This document shows positions 1-9,004 of a stretch of DNA of 32,000 nucleotides, piece after piece. The stretch comes from Mucisphaera calidilacus (lineage in GTDB: Bacteria; Planctomycetota; Phycisphaerae; Phycisphaerales; Phycisphaeraceae). Location: the NCBI RefSeq assembly GCF_007748075.1, contig NZ_CP036280.1, positions 2,880,001 to 2,912,000 of the forward strand, in the 5' to 3' direction. Position numbers and translations under genes: made by a program. The notes below the pieces were generated by a model. The model was given only the letters and a program-made list of their open reading frames with translations. It did no database searches and was not told the origin of the DNA. The stretch's first letter is position 1. The number at the start of each line of letters is the position of its first letter.

Positions 1-452
1 CCGACATCCTCGGCGACACCGAGGGATCGCGGCTCTTCTGGTCGCTGGTCGATCCCGGACTCGCCGACGAAGCCGACTTCTCCTATGACCCCAACACCGA
101 CGGCGGGGTCTACTCCGCCTTCATCGGCTGTTCCGTCGACGACGCCGAACGCGTCGAATCCGTCCTCCTCGAGACCATCCGATCCGCCGCAGAACAACTC
201 GACGACGACGAACTCACCCGCGCCAAGAACAAGCTCGCCACCCAGGCCACCCTCCAGGCCGAACGACCCAGCGGACGCATGCACGCCATCGGCTCACGCT
301 GGCTCACCCTCGCTTCCTACTCCACCGCCCGCGACGAACTCGACCGGCTCATGGCCGTCACACGCCGGGACGTCCTCGACCTGATCGACGCCTTCCCCCT
401 CGAACCCGCCGCATGGGTCCGCATGACACCCGCAGCACAACGGAGCCGGTGA
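1..452 (+). CDS. M16 (insulinase/pitrilysin) family peptidase, C-terminal part; 5' end lies outside the window
   Basis: Frame 3 is open from the window edge to TGA at 450-452. It is absent from the ORF track because it has no in-window start. The translation DILGDTEGSRLFWSLVDPGLADEADFSYDP...DDELTRAKNKLATQATLQAERPSGRMHAIGSRWL...RDELDRLMAVTRRDVLDLIDAFPL looks like the non-catalytic C-terminal half of M16 peptidases. The stop overlaps the next ATG (TGATG). Confidence 0.7.
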   Translation, partial: DILGDTEGSRLFWSLVDPGLADEADFSYDPNTDGGVYSAFIGCSVDDAERVESVLLETIRSAAEQLDDDELTRAKNKLATQATLQAERPSGRMHAIGSRWLTLASYSTARDELDRLMAVTRRDVLDLIDAFPLEPAAWVRMTPAAQRSR

Positions 453-1633
453 TGGACCCCATCAGCGACATCCTCGAAGCACTCCGCAACGGCGAGATGA
501 TCGTCCTCGCCGACGACGAGTCCCGCGAGAACGAAGGCGACCTCGTCGTCGCCGCCCAGTTCCTCACGCCCGAGATCGTCAGCTTCATGCTCCGACGCGC
601 CGCCGGCATGATGTGCGTCGCCCTCAGCCCCGCCATCTGCCAGCGACTCCACCTCGACCCCCAGACCACTGTCAACACCTCGTCACGCAGCACCGCCTAC
701 ACCGTCTCCGTCGACGCCCACGAACGCTTTGGCGTCACCACAGGCGTCAGCGCACAGGACCGCGTCACCACGATCCGACTCCTCGCCGACCCCAACACAC
801 AGCCCGGCGACCTCGTCCGCCCCGGACACATCCACCCCCTCCGCGCGCGCGAGGGCGGAACCCTCGTCCGCGCCGGACAAACCGAAGGATCCGTCGACCT
901 CTGCCGGCTCGCCGGTCTCGAACAGGCCGCCGTCATCATCGAGGTTATGAAGGACGACGGCACCATGGCACGCCGGCCCGACCTCGAACGACTCTGCGCC
1001 GAAGAAAACCTCAGGATGTGCACCGTCGCCGACGTCATCGAGCACCGCCTCACCCGCGAGGTGCTCGTCGAACGCGTGGACGAAGCCCCCATCGAAACAC
1101 CCGCCGGCCCCTTCCGGCTGATCGCCTACGAATCAAAAGTCGATCCCATGCCCCACGTCGCGCTCGTCAAAGGCGACGTCGGACAACGCGACGCCAACGG
1201 CATCACCATGGACATCGACCACCCCGTCCTCGTCCGTATGCACAGCCAGAACCTCCTCGGCGACGTCTTCGGCGATATCACCAAGCCCTCGGGCAAGGCA
1301 CTCGAAACCGCCATGCACCAGATCCAGACCGAGGGCTGCGGGGCTATCGTCTACCTCAGGCACGAGGGCATGGGATCCGGGCTGCTCAAACGTCTCCAGA
1401 GCCTCCGCGAAACCTCATCCGACGGCGAAGCACGGCCCCTGCCCGTCACCTCACAAAACGAACCCGGACTCCGACCCCCGACACGCAAGCAGGACTACGG
1501 CATCGGCTCCCAGATCCTCCGCGACCTCGGCATCCGCCGCATGCGCCTTCTCACAGACCACCCCTTCACACCCACCGCCCTCAGCGGATTCGGACTCGCC
1601 ATCGAGGGCTTCGTCCCCCTGCTCAAGCCGTGA
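452..1633 (+). CDS. ribB: 3,4-dihydroxy-2-butanone-4-phosphate synthase (RibB) fused to a degenerate GTP cyclohydrolase II-like domain
   Basis: The N-terminus MDPISDILEALRNGEMIVLADDESRENEGDLVVAAQF is the RibB signature and is collinear with the Bacillus RibA N-terminus. The C-terminal half aligns to RibA (PHVALVKGDV...VLVRMHSQNLLGDVFGD...IVYLRHEG) but lacks the three Zn-ligand cysteines. The track ORF starts at 413. I prefer the ATG at 452, which overlaps the upstream stop (TGATG). Confidence 0.9.
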   Translation: MDPISDILEALRNGEMIVLADDESRENEGDLVVAAQFLTPEIVSFMLRRAAGMMCVALSPAICQRLHLDPQTTVNTSSRSTAYTVSVDAHERFGVTTGVSAQDRVTTIRLLADPNTQPGDLVRPGHIHPLRAREGGTLVRAGQTEGSVDLCRLAGLEQAAVIIEVMKDDGTMARRPDLERLCAEENLRMCTVADVIEHRLTREVLVERVDEAPIETPAGPFRLIAYESKVDPMPHVALVKGDVGQRDANGITMDIDHPVLVRMHSQNLLGDVFGDITKPSGKALETAMHQIQTEGCGAIVYLRHEGMGSGLLKRLQSLRETSSDGEARPLPVTSQNEPGLRPPTRKQDYGIGSQILRDLGIRRMRLLTDHPFTPTALSGFGLAIEGFVPLLKP

Positions 1634-1651
1634 CCACCACCGGCATAGCCC

Positions 1652-2113
1652 TCACAAGGCGAGTGCCAGCAGAACCACCGCTGCGACACACAGCAACGTC
1701 CGGACGTGATTCCATCGCGTCCAGTCGCGGCGGTAACGCGCCCAGAGCTCACGACCCTCATCAGAATCAAGCGACGCCTGATCGAGTTGATGATTGAGCG
1801 GAACATTGAAAAAAACAGTGATGCCGAAACCACCCACGACATAGAGACCCGCACCCGCGACCGCGTAGACAAAACCCGCCGCCCCTTCGAGCACGGCCCA
1901 GACAATGATGCCTAGGCAGACCAGCGTGGTCCCCATGAAAATCGACAGGAACAGCGGGTTCTGGATCCTCCGGTTGATGATCTGCATCGCCCGCATGCCC
2001 TCCGCCTCGGGCATCTCCTCGAACGACCTCATCACACAGTTCGAGAAAACAAACAGCAGACCGGCGACCAGACCCGCCCCCGTCAATGCCACGATCACGA
2101 GCGTCTCGAACAC
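1652..2113 (-). CDS. DUF1772 (anthrone-oxygenase-like) integral membrane protein
   Basis: 153 aa with four hydrophobic segments. The pattern LFVFSNCVMRSF...MQIINRRIQNPLF...FFNVPLN...W..W.HVRT is typical of DUF1772. GTG start preceded by AGGAG, which overlaps the azoR stop, so the two are probably an operon. Confidence 0.65.
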   Translation of the reverse strand: MFETLVIVALTGAGLVAGLLFVFSNCVMRSFEEMPEAEGMRAMQIINRRIQNPLFLSIFMGTTLVCLGIIVWAVLEGAAGFVYAVAGAGLYVVGGFGITVFFNVPLNHQLDQASLDSDEGRELWARYRRDWTRWNHVRTLLCVAAVVLLALAL

Positions 2114-2122
2114 CGCCTGCTC

Positions 2123-2767
2123 CTAAGCTCCCGCGGGCAGACGCGCCGCCAGATCCGCGATCTCTGCATATGCCGCATCCACCGACGCACGATGCCGCTC
2201 GTCCTTGAACTCCTCGTTGCCCGTGCGCACAAAGTGCAGATCGGTCAGCCCGATGAAGCTCAGAGCCGTGCGCAAATGCGGCTCCATGTGATTCAGTTCA
2301 GCCAGGACTCCACCCGGATGCAACTCAATGTCACCCGCCGAAACCAGCACCACAACCGGCTTCGACGGGACAAGACTCACGTAGGGGTTCTCGGCCTCGA
2401 AGTTCATCTCGAACGTGCGGTTGATACGAACCACCTGATCAACCCACGCCTTGAGCTGTGCTGGCATCCCGAAGTTGTAGATCGGCGCACCGATCACAAT
2501 CACGTCGGCTGCGAACACCTCGTCGATCAATTGGTCACTGACCGCGATCGCCTCCCGCATCGCCTCATCACGCTCCGAAGCGTCAGAATAGGCACCCGCG
2601 ATCCAGGCCTCCGACACCGTCGGCGGCGGCGCCTGCCCCACGTCACGCAGAATCACGTCACCATCCGCATGGACGGACCGCCACTGATCGATAAAACGTT
2701 GCGTCAGCTGACGGGTCACGGACCGCTGGACGCGTCCGCTTGCATGGATAGCGAGGAGTTGTTTCAT
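2123..2767 (-). CDS. azoR: FMN-dependent NADH-azoreductase / quinone reductase
   Basis: 214 aa, collinear with E. coli AzoR: MKQLLAIHAS...SVTRQLTQRFIDQWR, ADVIVIGAPIYNFGMPAQLKAWVDQVVR, LSFIGLTDLHFV. Confidence 0.85.
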   Translation of the reverse strand: MKQLLAIHASGRVQRSVTRQLTQRFIDQWRSVHADGDVILRDVGQAPPPTVSEAWIAGAYSDASERDEAMREAIAVSDQLIDEVFAADVIVIGAPIYNFGMPAQLKAWVDQVVRINRTFEMNFEAENPYVSLVPSKPVVVLVSAGDIELHPGGVLAELNHMEPHLRTALSFIGLTDLHFVRTGNEEFKDERHRASVDAAYAEIADLAARLPAGA

Positions 2768-2841
2768 GGGCCCATGCTAGGCACGGACCCCACCAATATC
2801 GAGACCCGGATGATCAATCCACATCGATCACCCCGGCATCA

Positions 2842-3333
2842 TCATGCCTCGTCCTCGTCCACAACCCCGTGATACCCCTGACTCGAGGCGTCCTCATCGG
2901 GCTGAGGCTCAGAATCCACAACCGGCTTCTCCTCCGCCTCCGCCGCATCGCGACGACGCGAAAGGACCGTGTTCGTGTAGCCGCGACTCGTGAAGCCCTC
3001 GGTCGATTCCTGATCACCACCACCGCTGTAACCCGACGACGCCGGTGCGAGATCATCACGCAACTCGCTCTGACGTTGCGTCGCGCCGGGCGTACGCGGA
3101 CGGGCCTCGTTGATCGTCAGCGGACGGTTATTAAAGGGCTGACCCGCCAGAGCCTCGATCGCTTTGCGACCCTCGACATCATCCGGCATCTCGACAAAAG
3201 CAAAGCCACGCGGACGCCCCGTCTCACGGTCAAAAACCAGGGTAGCCCGATCGACCTTCCCGTGCGTGCTGAAAAGGTCCACCAGCTCCTGCTCGGTGGT
3301 GTCATAGGGCAGATTGCCGACGTAAATGTTCAC
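2842..3333 (-). CDS. RRM (RNP-1/RNP-2) RNA-binding protein with disordered acidic/Gly-Ser tail
   Basis: NIYVGNL (RNP-2) and RGFAFVEM (RNP-1) motifs within an ~80-aa RRM, followed by a low-complexity tail. GTG start preceded by AAGGA. Confidence 0.9.
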   Translation of the reverse strand: MNIYVGNLPYDTTEQELVDLFSTHGKVDRATLVFDRETGRPRGFAFVEMPDDVEGRKAIEALAGQPFNNRPLTINEARPRTPGATQRQSELRDDLAPASSGYSGGGDQESTEGFTSRGYTNTVLSRRRDAAEAEEKPVVDSEPQPDEDASSQGYHGVVDEDEA

Positions 3334-3459
3334 GTCCTGATTCCTTAACCTGTCTTCGGACTAAGAAGTTAACGAGCACCTCAGGCACTGACGCCGCGAT
3401 GCCGGACCCATCACCCTAGCCCCTGAGCGATCAGAGTTCAAGAGCGAAGCCGGGACCGA

Positions 3460-6400
3460 TCAACTCAGCAGCAGCTCGAGATCCTCACGCGACAGCTTCT
3501 GCAGGCCCTCGTCGCTCTGGTGATCGACCACCGCTTCCGCCAGTTGCTTCTTGCGTTTCTGCAGCTGCTGGATCCGCTGCTCCACCGTCCCCTCGCAGAT
3601 CATTCGGTAGGCGAACACCGGCTTGGTCTGGCCGATGCGGTGCGTCCGATCGATCGCCTGCGCCTCCGCCGCCGGGTTCCACCACGGGTCCAGGATGAAC
3701 ACGTAACCCGCCGCCGTCAGGTTCAGACCCACGCCGCCCGCCTTCAGGCTGATCAGGAATGCCGGGATGCTCGCGTCGTTCTGGAACCGCTCCACCTGCT
3801 CCTTGCGGTTCCGCGTCTGGCCGTCGAGGTAGCAGTAAGGCACGGAGGTCTTGGCAAACCGCTGACGCACGAGGTCGAGCATCGACGTGAACTGGCTGAA
3901 GACCAGCACCTTGTGCCCCTCCTCGACCAACTCCTCCATCATCTCCATCAACGCCTCGAGCTTCGCCGACGAGACCTGCGCGTACTCCTCCGAAATCAGC
4001 GCCGGGTGACACGACGCCTGACGCAGCCGCAGCAGCGCCTCGAGCACCATCACCGACGAGTGACGCATCACCAGGTCCGACGAGCCCGCGCCCGCCGCGT
4101 CGAGCTGCGTGATCAATTGCCCGCGATAGTGCTCACGCAGCTTGTCGTACACACGCCGCTGATCCGGGTCCATCTCGCACAGGATCGTCTGCTCGGTCTT
4201 CGGCGGAAGGTCCTTGAGGACCTGATCCTTCGTCCGACGCAGGATCATCGGCCGCAGGGCCTTGGCCAGCTGCGCGATCGCCGGTGCCGAATCGTCCTCT
4301 TCCGCCTCCTCGTCCTCCACCGCCTCGGGCGGCGCGGTCGCGCCCGCCGCGCCGTTCGTGCCCGAACGCGCGCTCGACGCCTTCACCAGGTCCCCAAACC
4401 GACTCGACACACCCAGCATCCCCGGGTTCAGGTACTCAAAGATCGACCACAGATCGCCAAGGTGGTTCTCGATCGGCGTGCCGGTCAACGCCAGCCGGTG
4501 ACGCGCCTGCAGCAGACGACTCGCACGCGCCACCTGCGACATCGGGTTCTTGATCGCCTGCGCCTCGTCGAGAATCGCGTAATCGAACGCGTACTCGCTC
4601 AGATCCTCGATGTCCCGACGCAGCAGGCCGTAGGACGTCACCACGATGTCGTACTGATCAAAACGCTTGCGGTCCTCGGCCCGGTCCGGGCCCGTGTAGG
4701 CCAGCACCCGCAGGTCAGGCGTAAAACGCTCCGCCTCGTCCATCCAGTTGAACACCACCGAACGCGGCGCGACGATCAGCGACGGAGCCCCCACCGCGTC
4801 GCCCTGCTTCTGATCCTCCGCCAGCACCGCCTCGTCAAACCCGTGTCGCGCTCGGGCCTGAAGCATCGCCAGCACCTGGATCGTCTTGCCCAGACCCATG
4901 TCGTCGGCCAGGATCCCGCCCAGACACAACTGACGCAGGAATCGCAGCCACCCCAGGCCGTTACGCTGATACGTCCGCAGCTTCCCGACGAACGAGGCGT
5001 CCGGGTCGATCGGCTCAACCGATGCGCCCTTCGCCAACGCTTCACGGATCGTCTCGAAACGCTCATCCACCTGCACACCCGGCTGGTCCGTCAGCATCGA
5101 ATCGAGCAACGCCACCTGCGAAGCCCGGAACCGCAGGTGATCGCCGTGCGCCTTGCCGAGCGTCGTCAGCAGGCCACGATCCGCCAGCCACTCCTCCGGC
5201 AGCAAGCCCGTCGAACCGTCATCCAGCCGCACCAGGCTCCGCCCCGCACGCACCGCCTCGATCACCGCCGGCAACTCGACCGTTACCGTCTTGCCCTCGT
5301 CCGTCTCGTACGAGATCTCGCCGTGCAGCTCGAACCAGTCGATCCCCGACCGCACCGACAGCCTCGGGTCCGCGGGACGACGCACCGCCGCGTCCTCCGC
5401 CAGCACCACCCAGCCCCGAGCAATCAGGTCCGACACCACCTGCAACACGTCACGCCGACGAAGCGTCAGCATCGGCCGGTCGCTGTTCGCCGCACCCCCC
5501 GCACGCAAGCCCAGCCGACCAAGATGCCGCGCCGCCTCACGCTCACCCGCGACATCACGAAGAATCAACTCGGTCTCCGCAGCGACGTCAACCTCCGCCG
5601 CAGGCGTCTCCGCCACCGCTGCCGGTTCAGCCGTCGCCGCCTCGTTCTCGTCCTCGGCCAACTCCGTCGTGCTGATGTAAGCACCCGTCGAACCCAAATC
5701 GACGTGCGTCCCGCCGTAATCAAACGACAGACGCGCCAGCAACTGCTGATTGCCGCCCGAGCCCCGCGACGACGTCTCGTCCGCTGGCGAAAGGATCTCC
5801 AAGCGAGGCGTCGGAGCCATCCGTGTCACCGGTCGCCCAACCCCCTCGGGCAGGTCCAGGTCGGGGATCTGCGGCAGCCGATACAGACGGTCCAGAAATC
5901 GATCCACGTCAGCCCGCGGGATCAGCAGCGAGCGGTCCGTGTCGTCAAAAGAACTGTGGTCACGGAACTGCCACGCCCAACGGCCCGCGCCCGCATCATC
6001 AAACGACGCAGCCCTGCCATCCACCACCACCACGCCGCCACGCCCGGTCAGCAACAGCGCGGGCTGCTGCACCGGCACCTGCGTCGACCCGCGACGCAGC
6101 TCCGTGTTCACACGCAGGTTCTCGCCCGTCTCGTCCCACCGGCCTACCGCGCAAAGCGTCCAGCCGCCCGCGTCGTCCCACTTGATCGGCGACTCGCTCC
6201 CCTCATCCGGGTCCACCAGCAGGTAGGCACGCCCGGTCATCGCGATCTTCCGCATCACGCCGACCGTGGCCACCAGCGGCACCGCAAAGAGCGACGCCGA
6301 ACGATCCGCACGCCCCAGGCTGATCTCCTCAGGGTCCGCCAACGCCGACGACCCCACCAGAAGCGTCGCGATATCACGATCCGCCGGCTCCGTCAGACCG

Positions 6401-7002
6401 CTGATCACCGTCTGACTGAGCCGCAACGCACGCGGACGGCTCCAGCCACGCGCAATCGGCGTCTGCTGACGCAACTCCAGCACCAGGTGGTTGTGACGGT
6501 GCGACAGGTCCGCACGCACCACGTACTGAATCCGACGCGGCGCCAGCAACTCCTCGATCCCCGCGTCCGTGCTCTCCATCGACGACGGCCGCAGCAGCGT
6601 CATCCGGCCCGACCACTCAGGCTCCGACCGCGTCTTGGGCCGTGCCCGCTCCGGACGCTTGCGCGCACGAGGCGGACGAACACTAAGCCCGAACAGCTTC
6701 CGAGACAGCTCCGCCGTCCCCGGCACGTTCGGCCGCGACTGCAAGTCCACCAAACCCGCCCAGATGTGTCGGCAGAACAGGCCGTTATCGAAGACCTCGC
6801 AGTCGCACTCGGCGATCGCCGCGCGGCCCTCAACCCGAAACGATACTTCGTGCTGCTGATCGCCATCCTTCACCACGAAACGGATCAGCTCGTCATCCAG
6901 CTCCGGCGCAAGACGCTCCACAGCGCCATCGCGCTGAAGCTCGCGACCACGAATCCGTTCCTCGCTCTGAAAGAAAGGCGACCACGACGTCACCAGTGAC
7001 AT
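3460..7002 (-). CDS. SWIM zinc-finger + SNF2/Rad54-family helicase (DEAD-like N lobe plus helicase C lobe)
   Basis: SWIM motif CDCEVFDNGLFCRH near the N-terminus. SNF2 motifs ILADDMGLGKT, DYAILDEAQAIKN, LALTGTPIENHL, VLVFSQFTSMLD, LISLKAGGVGLNLTAA and DPWWNPAAEAQAIDRTHRIGQ. The track ORF extends to 7101. I prefer the ATG at 7002 (MSLVTSWSPFF), which is preceded by GAGGA. Confidence 0.9.
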   Translation of the reverse strand: MSLVTSWSPFFQSEERIRGRELQRDGAVERLAPELDDELIRFVVKDGDQQHEVSFRVEGRAAIAECDCEVFDNGLFCRHIWAGLVDLQSRPNVPGTAELSRKLFGLSVRPPRARKRPERARPKTRSEPEWSGRMTLLRPSSMESTDAGIEELLAPRRIQYVVRADLSHRHNHLVLELRQQTPIARGWSRPRALRLSQTVISGLTEPADRDIATLLVGSSALADPEEISLGRADRSASLFAVPLVATVGVMRKIAMTGRAYLLVDPDEGSESPIKWDDAGGWTLCAVGRWDETGENLRVNTELRRGSTQVPVQQPALLLTGRGGVVVVDGRAASFDDAGAGRWAWQFRDHSSFDDTDRSLLIPRADVDRFLDRLYRLPQIPDLDLPEGVGRPVTRMAPTPRLEILSPADETSSRGSGGNQQLLARLSFDYGGTHVDLGSTGAYISTTELAEDENEAATAEPAAVAETPAAEVDVAAETELILRDVAGEREAARHLGRLGLRAGGAANSDRPMLTLRRRDVLQVVSDLIARGWVVLAEDAAVRRPADPRLSVRSGIDWFELHGEISYETDEGKTVTVELPAVIEAVRAGRSLVRLDDGSTGLLPEEWLADRGLLTTLGKAHGDHLRFRASQVALLDSMLTDQPGVQVDERFETIREALAKGASVEPIDPDASFVGKLRTYQRNGLGWLRFLRQLCLGGILADDMGLGKTIQVLAMLQARARHGFDEAVLAEDQKQGDAVGAPSLIVAPRSVVFNWMDEAERFTPDLRVLAYTGPDRAEDRKRFDQYDIVVTSYGLLRRDIEDLSEYAFDYAILDEAQAIKNPMSQVARASRLLQARHRLALTGTPIENHLGDLWSIFEYLNPGMLGVSSRFGDLVKASSARSGTNGAAGATAPPEAVEDEEAEEDDSAPAIAQLAKALRPMILRRTKDQVLKDLPPKTEQTILCEMDPDQRRVYDKLREHYRGQLITQLDAAGAGSSDLVMRHSSVMVLEALLRLRQASCHPALISEEYAQVSSAKLEALMEMMEELVEEGHKVLVFSQFTSMLDLVRQRFAKTSVPYCYLDGQTRNRKEQVERFQNDASIPAFLISLKAGGVGLNLTAAGYVFILDPWWNPAAEAQAIDRTHRIGQTKPVFAYRMICEGTVEQRIQQLQKRKKQLAEAVVDHQSDEGLQKLSREDLELLLS

Positions 7003-7120
7003 ATCAATCCTCACCCCAAGTACAGGACGCCGGGCAACGCATAAGGGGAACAAGCCTATCCGCCACAACCCCAACGGGCAATCCCACACGCCCGAAAGCA
7101 CGCCAGACTATCCTGCAGCC

Positions 7121-7951
7121 GTGGAAAACCTCCTCACGATCGCGTCCGTGGCGGGCTGGATTATCAGCCTCGGATGGCTCCTGCGACGCCGCATCGTCGG
7201 CCCCGGCGCTCGCCTCGAACCACGACCCACCCCGATCGTCGCCATCGACGGACTCGTCGCCCTCCTCCTGACGATCGGCGGGCAGTTCATCGCCGCGGCC
7301 ATCCTCGGCGCACTCGGCTGGACCCAAGACCCTTCCGAACGCCTCAGCGCCCTCTCGGTCATGATCCTCCAGGCGTCCGGCATGGGACTCGCCGCCACCT
7401 ACGGACTGATCCTTGTTCTTCGCAGCGAGCCCCGCGCATCCGCATGGCTACCCGCATCCCTCGCGACCGTCGCGCTCCTCGGCTGTGTCGCCACCATCAC
7501 CCTCGGGCAGGGCACCGTCGCTATCGTCGCCAACGCCGCCACACTCCTGGGCTACCCGCCCCCCTCCATCGCCCACGAGGCCCTCGCCCGCATGGTCAGC
7601 TTTGACGACCCCGTGGCCCTCGTCCTCCGGCTCATCTCCGCCATCATCCTCGCGCCCCTCTTCGAGGAAGCCGTCTTCCGAGGCATCATCCAGCGGTCAC
7701 TCGTCGACGCCACCCGCGGCCGCGTCTGGGTCGCCATCACCCTCACCGCCACCCTCTTCGGGCTGATCCACGCCGACCAGGTCCACGCTCAGGGTCTCCC
7801 CGGGCTCATCGTCCTGGGCATCATCTTCGGCTGGCTCTACGCACGGACCGACCGCCTCTGGATCCCCATGCTCGCTCACACCGCCTTCAACGCCTACAAC
7901 GTAGGATTGGCCTTCCTCCTCTTCGGCCCCACACCCGTCGAAGCAGGCTAA
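7121..7951 (+). CDS. CPBP family intramembrane glutamic endopeptidase (CAAX-protease-like)
   Basis: Polytopic membrane protein with the three CPBP motifs: EEAVFRG, FGLIHA and HTAFNA. Confidence 0.85.
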   Translation: MENLLTIASVAGWIISLGWLLRRRIVGPGARLEPRPTPIVAIDGLVALLLTIGGQFIAAAILGALGWTQDPSERLSALSVMILQASGMGLAATYGLILVLRSEPRASAWLPASLATVALLGCVATITLGQGTVAIVANAATLLGYPPPSIAHEALARMVSFDDPVALVLRLISAIILAPLFEEAVFRGIIQRSLVDATRGRVWVAITLTATLFGLIHADQVHAQGLPGLIVLGIIFGWLYARTDRLWIPMLAHTAFNAYNVGLAFLLFGPTPVEAG

Positions 7952-7969
7952 ACGCACCAGGAGTCAACG

Positions 7970-9004
7970 ATGCTCAGACCCATCGAATGGGTAGGCGACA
8001 CCGACGGACACCTCCGCCTCCTCGACCAGACCCGCCTCCCAGCCACCACCGAGTACATCGACTGCACCGACGTCGACACCGTCTGGCACGCCATCAAACG
8101 ACTCTCCGTCCGCGGCGCACCCGCCATCGGCATCTCCGCCGCCTACGGCTGCGTCATCGGCGCACGCAACAACCAACTCGACGAGGCCATCGCCCACCTG
8201 CGCACCTCACGGCCCACCGCCGTCAACCTCTTCTGGGCACTCGACCGCATCGCCGCACTCAAAACCACCGACCCCCAACGGATCCTCGACGAGGCCCACG
8301 CCATCGCCGACGAGGACGACGCCATGTGCCGCAGCATCGGCCGGCACGCCCTCGCACTCATCGACAGCCTCACCGCCAAGGCACCCGACCGCCCCCTGCG
8401 CCTCATCACCCACTGCAACGCTGGCAAGCTCGCCACAGGCGGCATCGGCACCGCCACCGCCGCCGCCTACCTCGCCAAAGAGCAAGGCCGCGACGTCACC
8501 GTGTACGCCGACGAAACACGACCCCTGCTCCAGGGCGCTCGCCTCACCGCCTTCGAACTCACCGACGCCGGCATCGACGTCCGGCTCATCTGCGACGGCG
8601 CCGCCAGCGAGGTCCTCCGCGCCGGCGCGGTCGACGCCGCCATCGTCGGGGCCGACCGCATCGCCGCCAATGGCGACACCGCCAACAAGGTCGGCACCTG
8701 CGGCCTCGCCTCTCTCGCCCGCCACCACGGCATCCCCTTCCTCGTCGCAGCACCCCACTCCACCTTCGACCTCAACACCGCCACCGGCAACGCCATCCCC
8801 ATCGAGGAGCGCGCCGCCGAAGAGGTCACCGAAGGCTTCGGCACACGCACCGCACCGCCCGACGTCCGCGTCTTCAACCCCGCCTTCGACATCACCCCCG
8901 CCAACCTCATCACCGCCATCGTCACCGACCAGGGCGTCATCCGCCCCGTCAGTGAAGCCGCCGTCCGCGACCACCTCGCCGTCGACACGGAACCCGCACG
9001 ATGA
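7970..9004 (+). CDS. mtnA: S-methyl-5-thioribose-1-phosphate isomerase (eIF-2B alpha/beta/delta-like)
   Basis: Motifs LRLLDQTRLP, AIKRLSVRGAPAIGISAAYG, RPTAVNLFWAL, THCNAG.LAT, GADRIAANGDTANKVGT and NPAFDITP. AGGAG lies 8 nt upstream of the ATG. Confidence 0.9.
   Translation: MLRPIEWVGDTDGHLRLLDQTRLPATTEYIDCTDVDTVWHAIKRLSVRGAPAIGISAAYGCVIGARNNQLDEAIAHLRTSRPTAVNLFWALDRIAALKTTDPQRILDEAHAIADEDDAMCRSIGRHALALIDSLTAKAPDRPLRLITHCNAGKLATGGIGTATAAAYLAKEQGRDVTVYADETRPLLQGARLTAFELTDAGIDVRLICDGAASEVLRAGAVDAAIVGADRIAANGDTANKVGTCGLASLARHHGIPFLVAAPHSTFDLNTATGNAIPIEERAAEEVTEGFGTRTAPPDVRVFNPAFDITPANLITAIVTDQGVIRPVSEAAVRDHLAVDTEPAR

Noticed and set aside
384-452. Looked for an FMN (RFN) riboswitch upstream of ribB.
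   Set aside because: The ribB start overlaps the stop of the preceding peptidase gene, so there is no leader in which a riboswitch could reside.
3345-3372. Hairpin in the 5' leader of the RRM gene (on the mRNA: UUAAC-U-UCUU-AGUCCG-AAGA-CAG-GUUAA) that touches the AAGGA ribosome-binding site. Considered as a possible thermosensor.
   Set aside because: The stems are only 4-5 bp with internal mismatches, and only two nucleotides of the Shine-Dalgarno sequence are sequestered. This is too weak to claim without conservation or probing data.
3520-6999. 1159-aa ORF on the + strand, antisense to the SNF2 gene. Similar very long shadow ORFs occur at 613-1797(+), 8467-9780(-), 10372-11988(+), 12940-15390(+), 15598-16737(+), 21339-22379(+), 22921-24255(-), 26090-27667(-), 26485-28314(+), 27228-29264(+) and 27511-29061(-).
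   Set aside because: Their translations are monotonous Arg/Pro/His/Thr- or Gly/Asp/Val/Glu-rich strings with no motifs. This is what off-frame or antisense reading of high-G+C coding DNA looks like, because stop codons are rare. Each one overlaps a gene with clear family signatures in another frame.
7003-7101. 33-codon N-terminal extension of the SNF2 ORF (MLSGVWDCPLGLWRIGLFPLCVARRPVLGVRID).
   Set aside because: The internal ATG at 7002 has a GAGGA Shine-Dalgarno sequence at the proper distance, and the extension has atypical Trp/Cys-rich composition. It is more likely 5' UTR.
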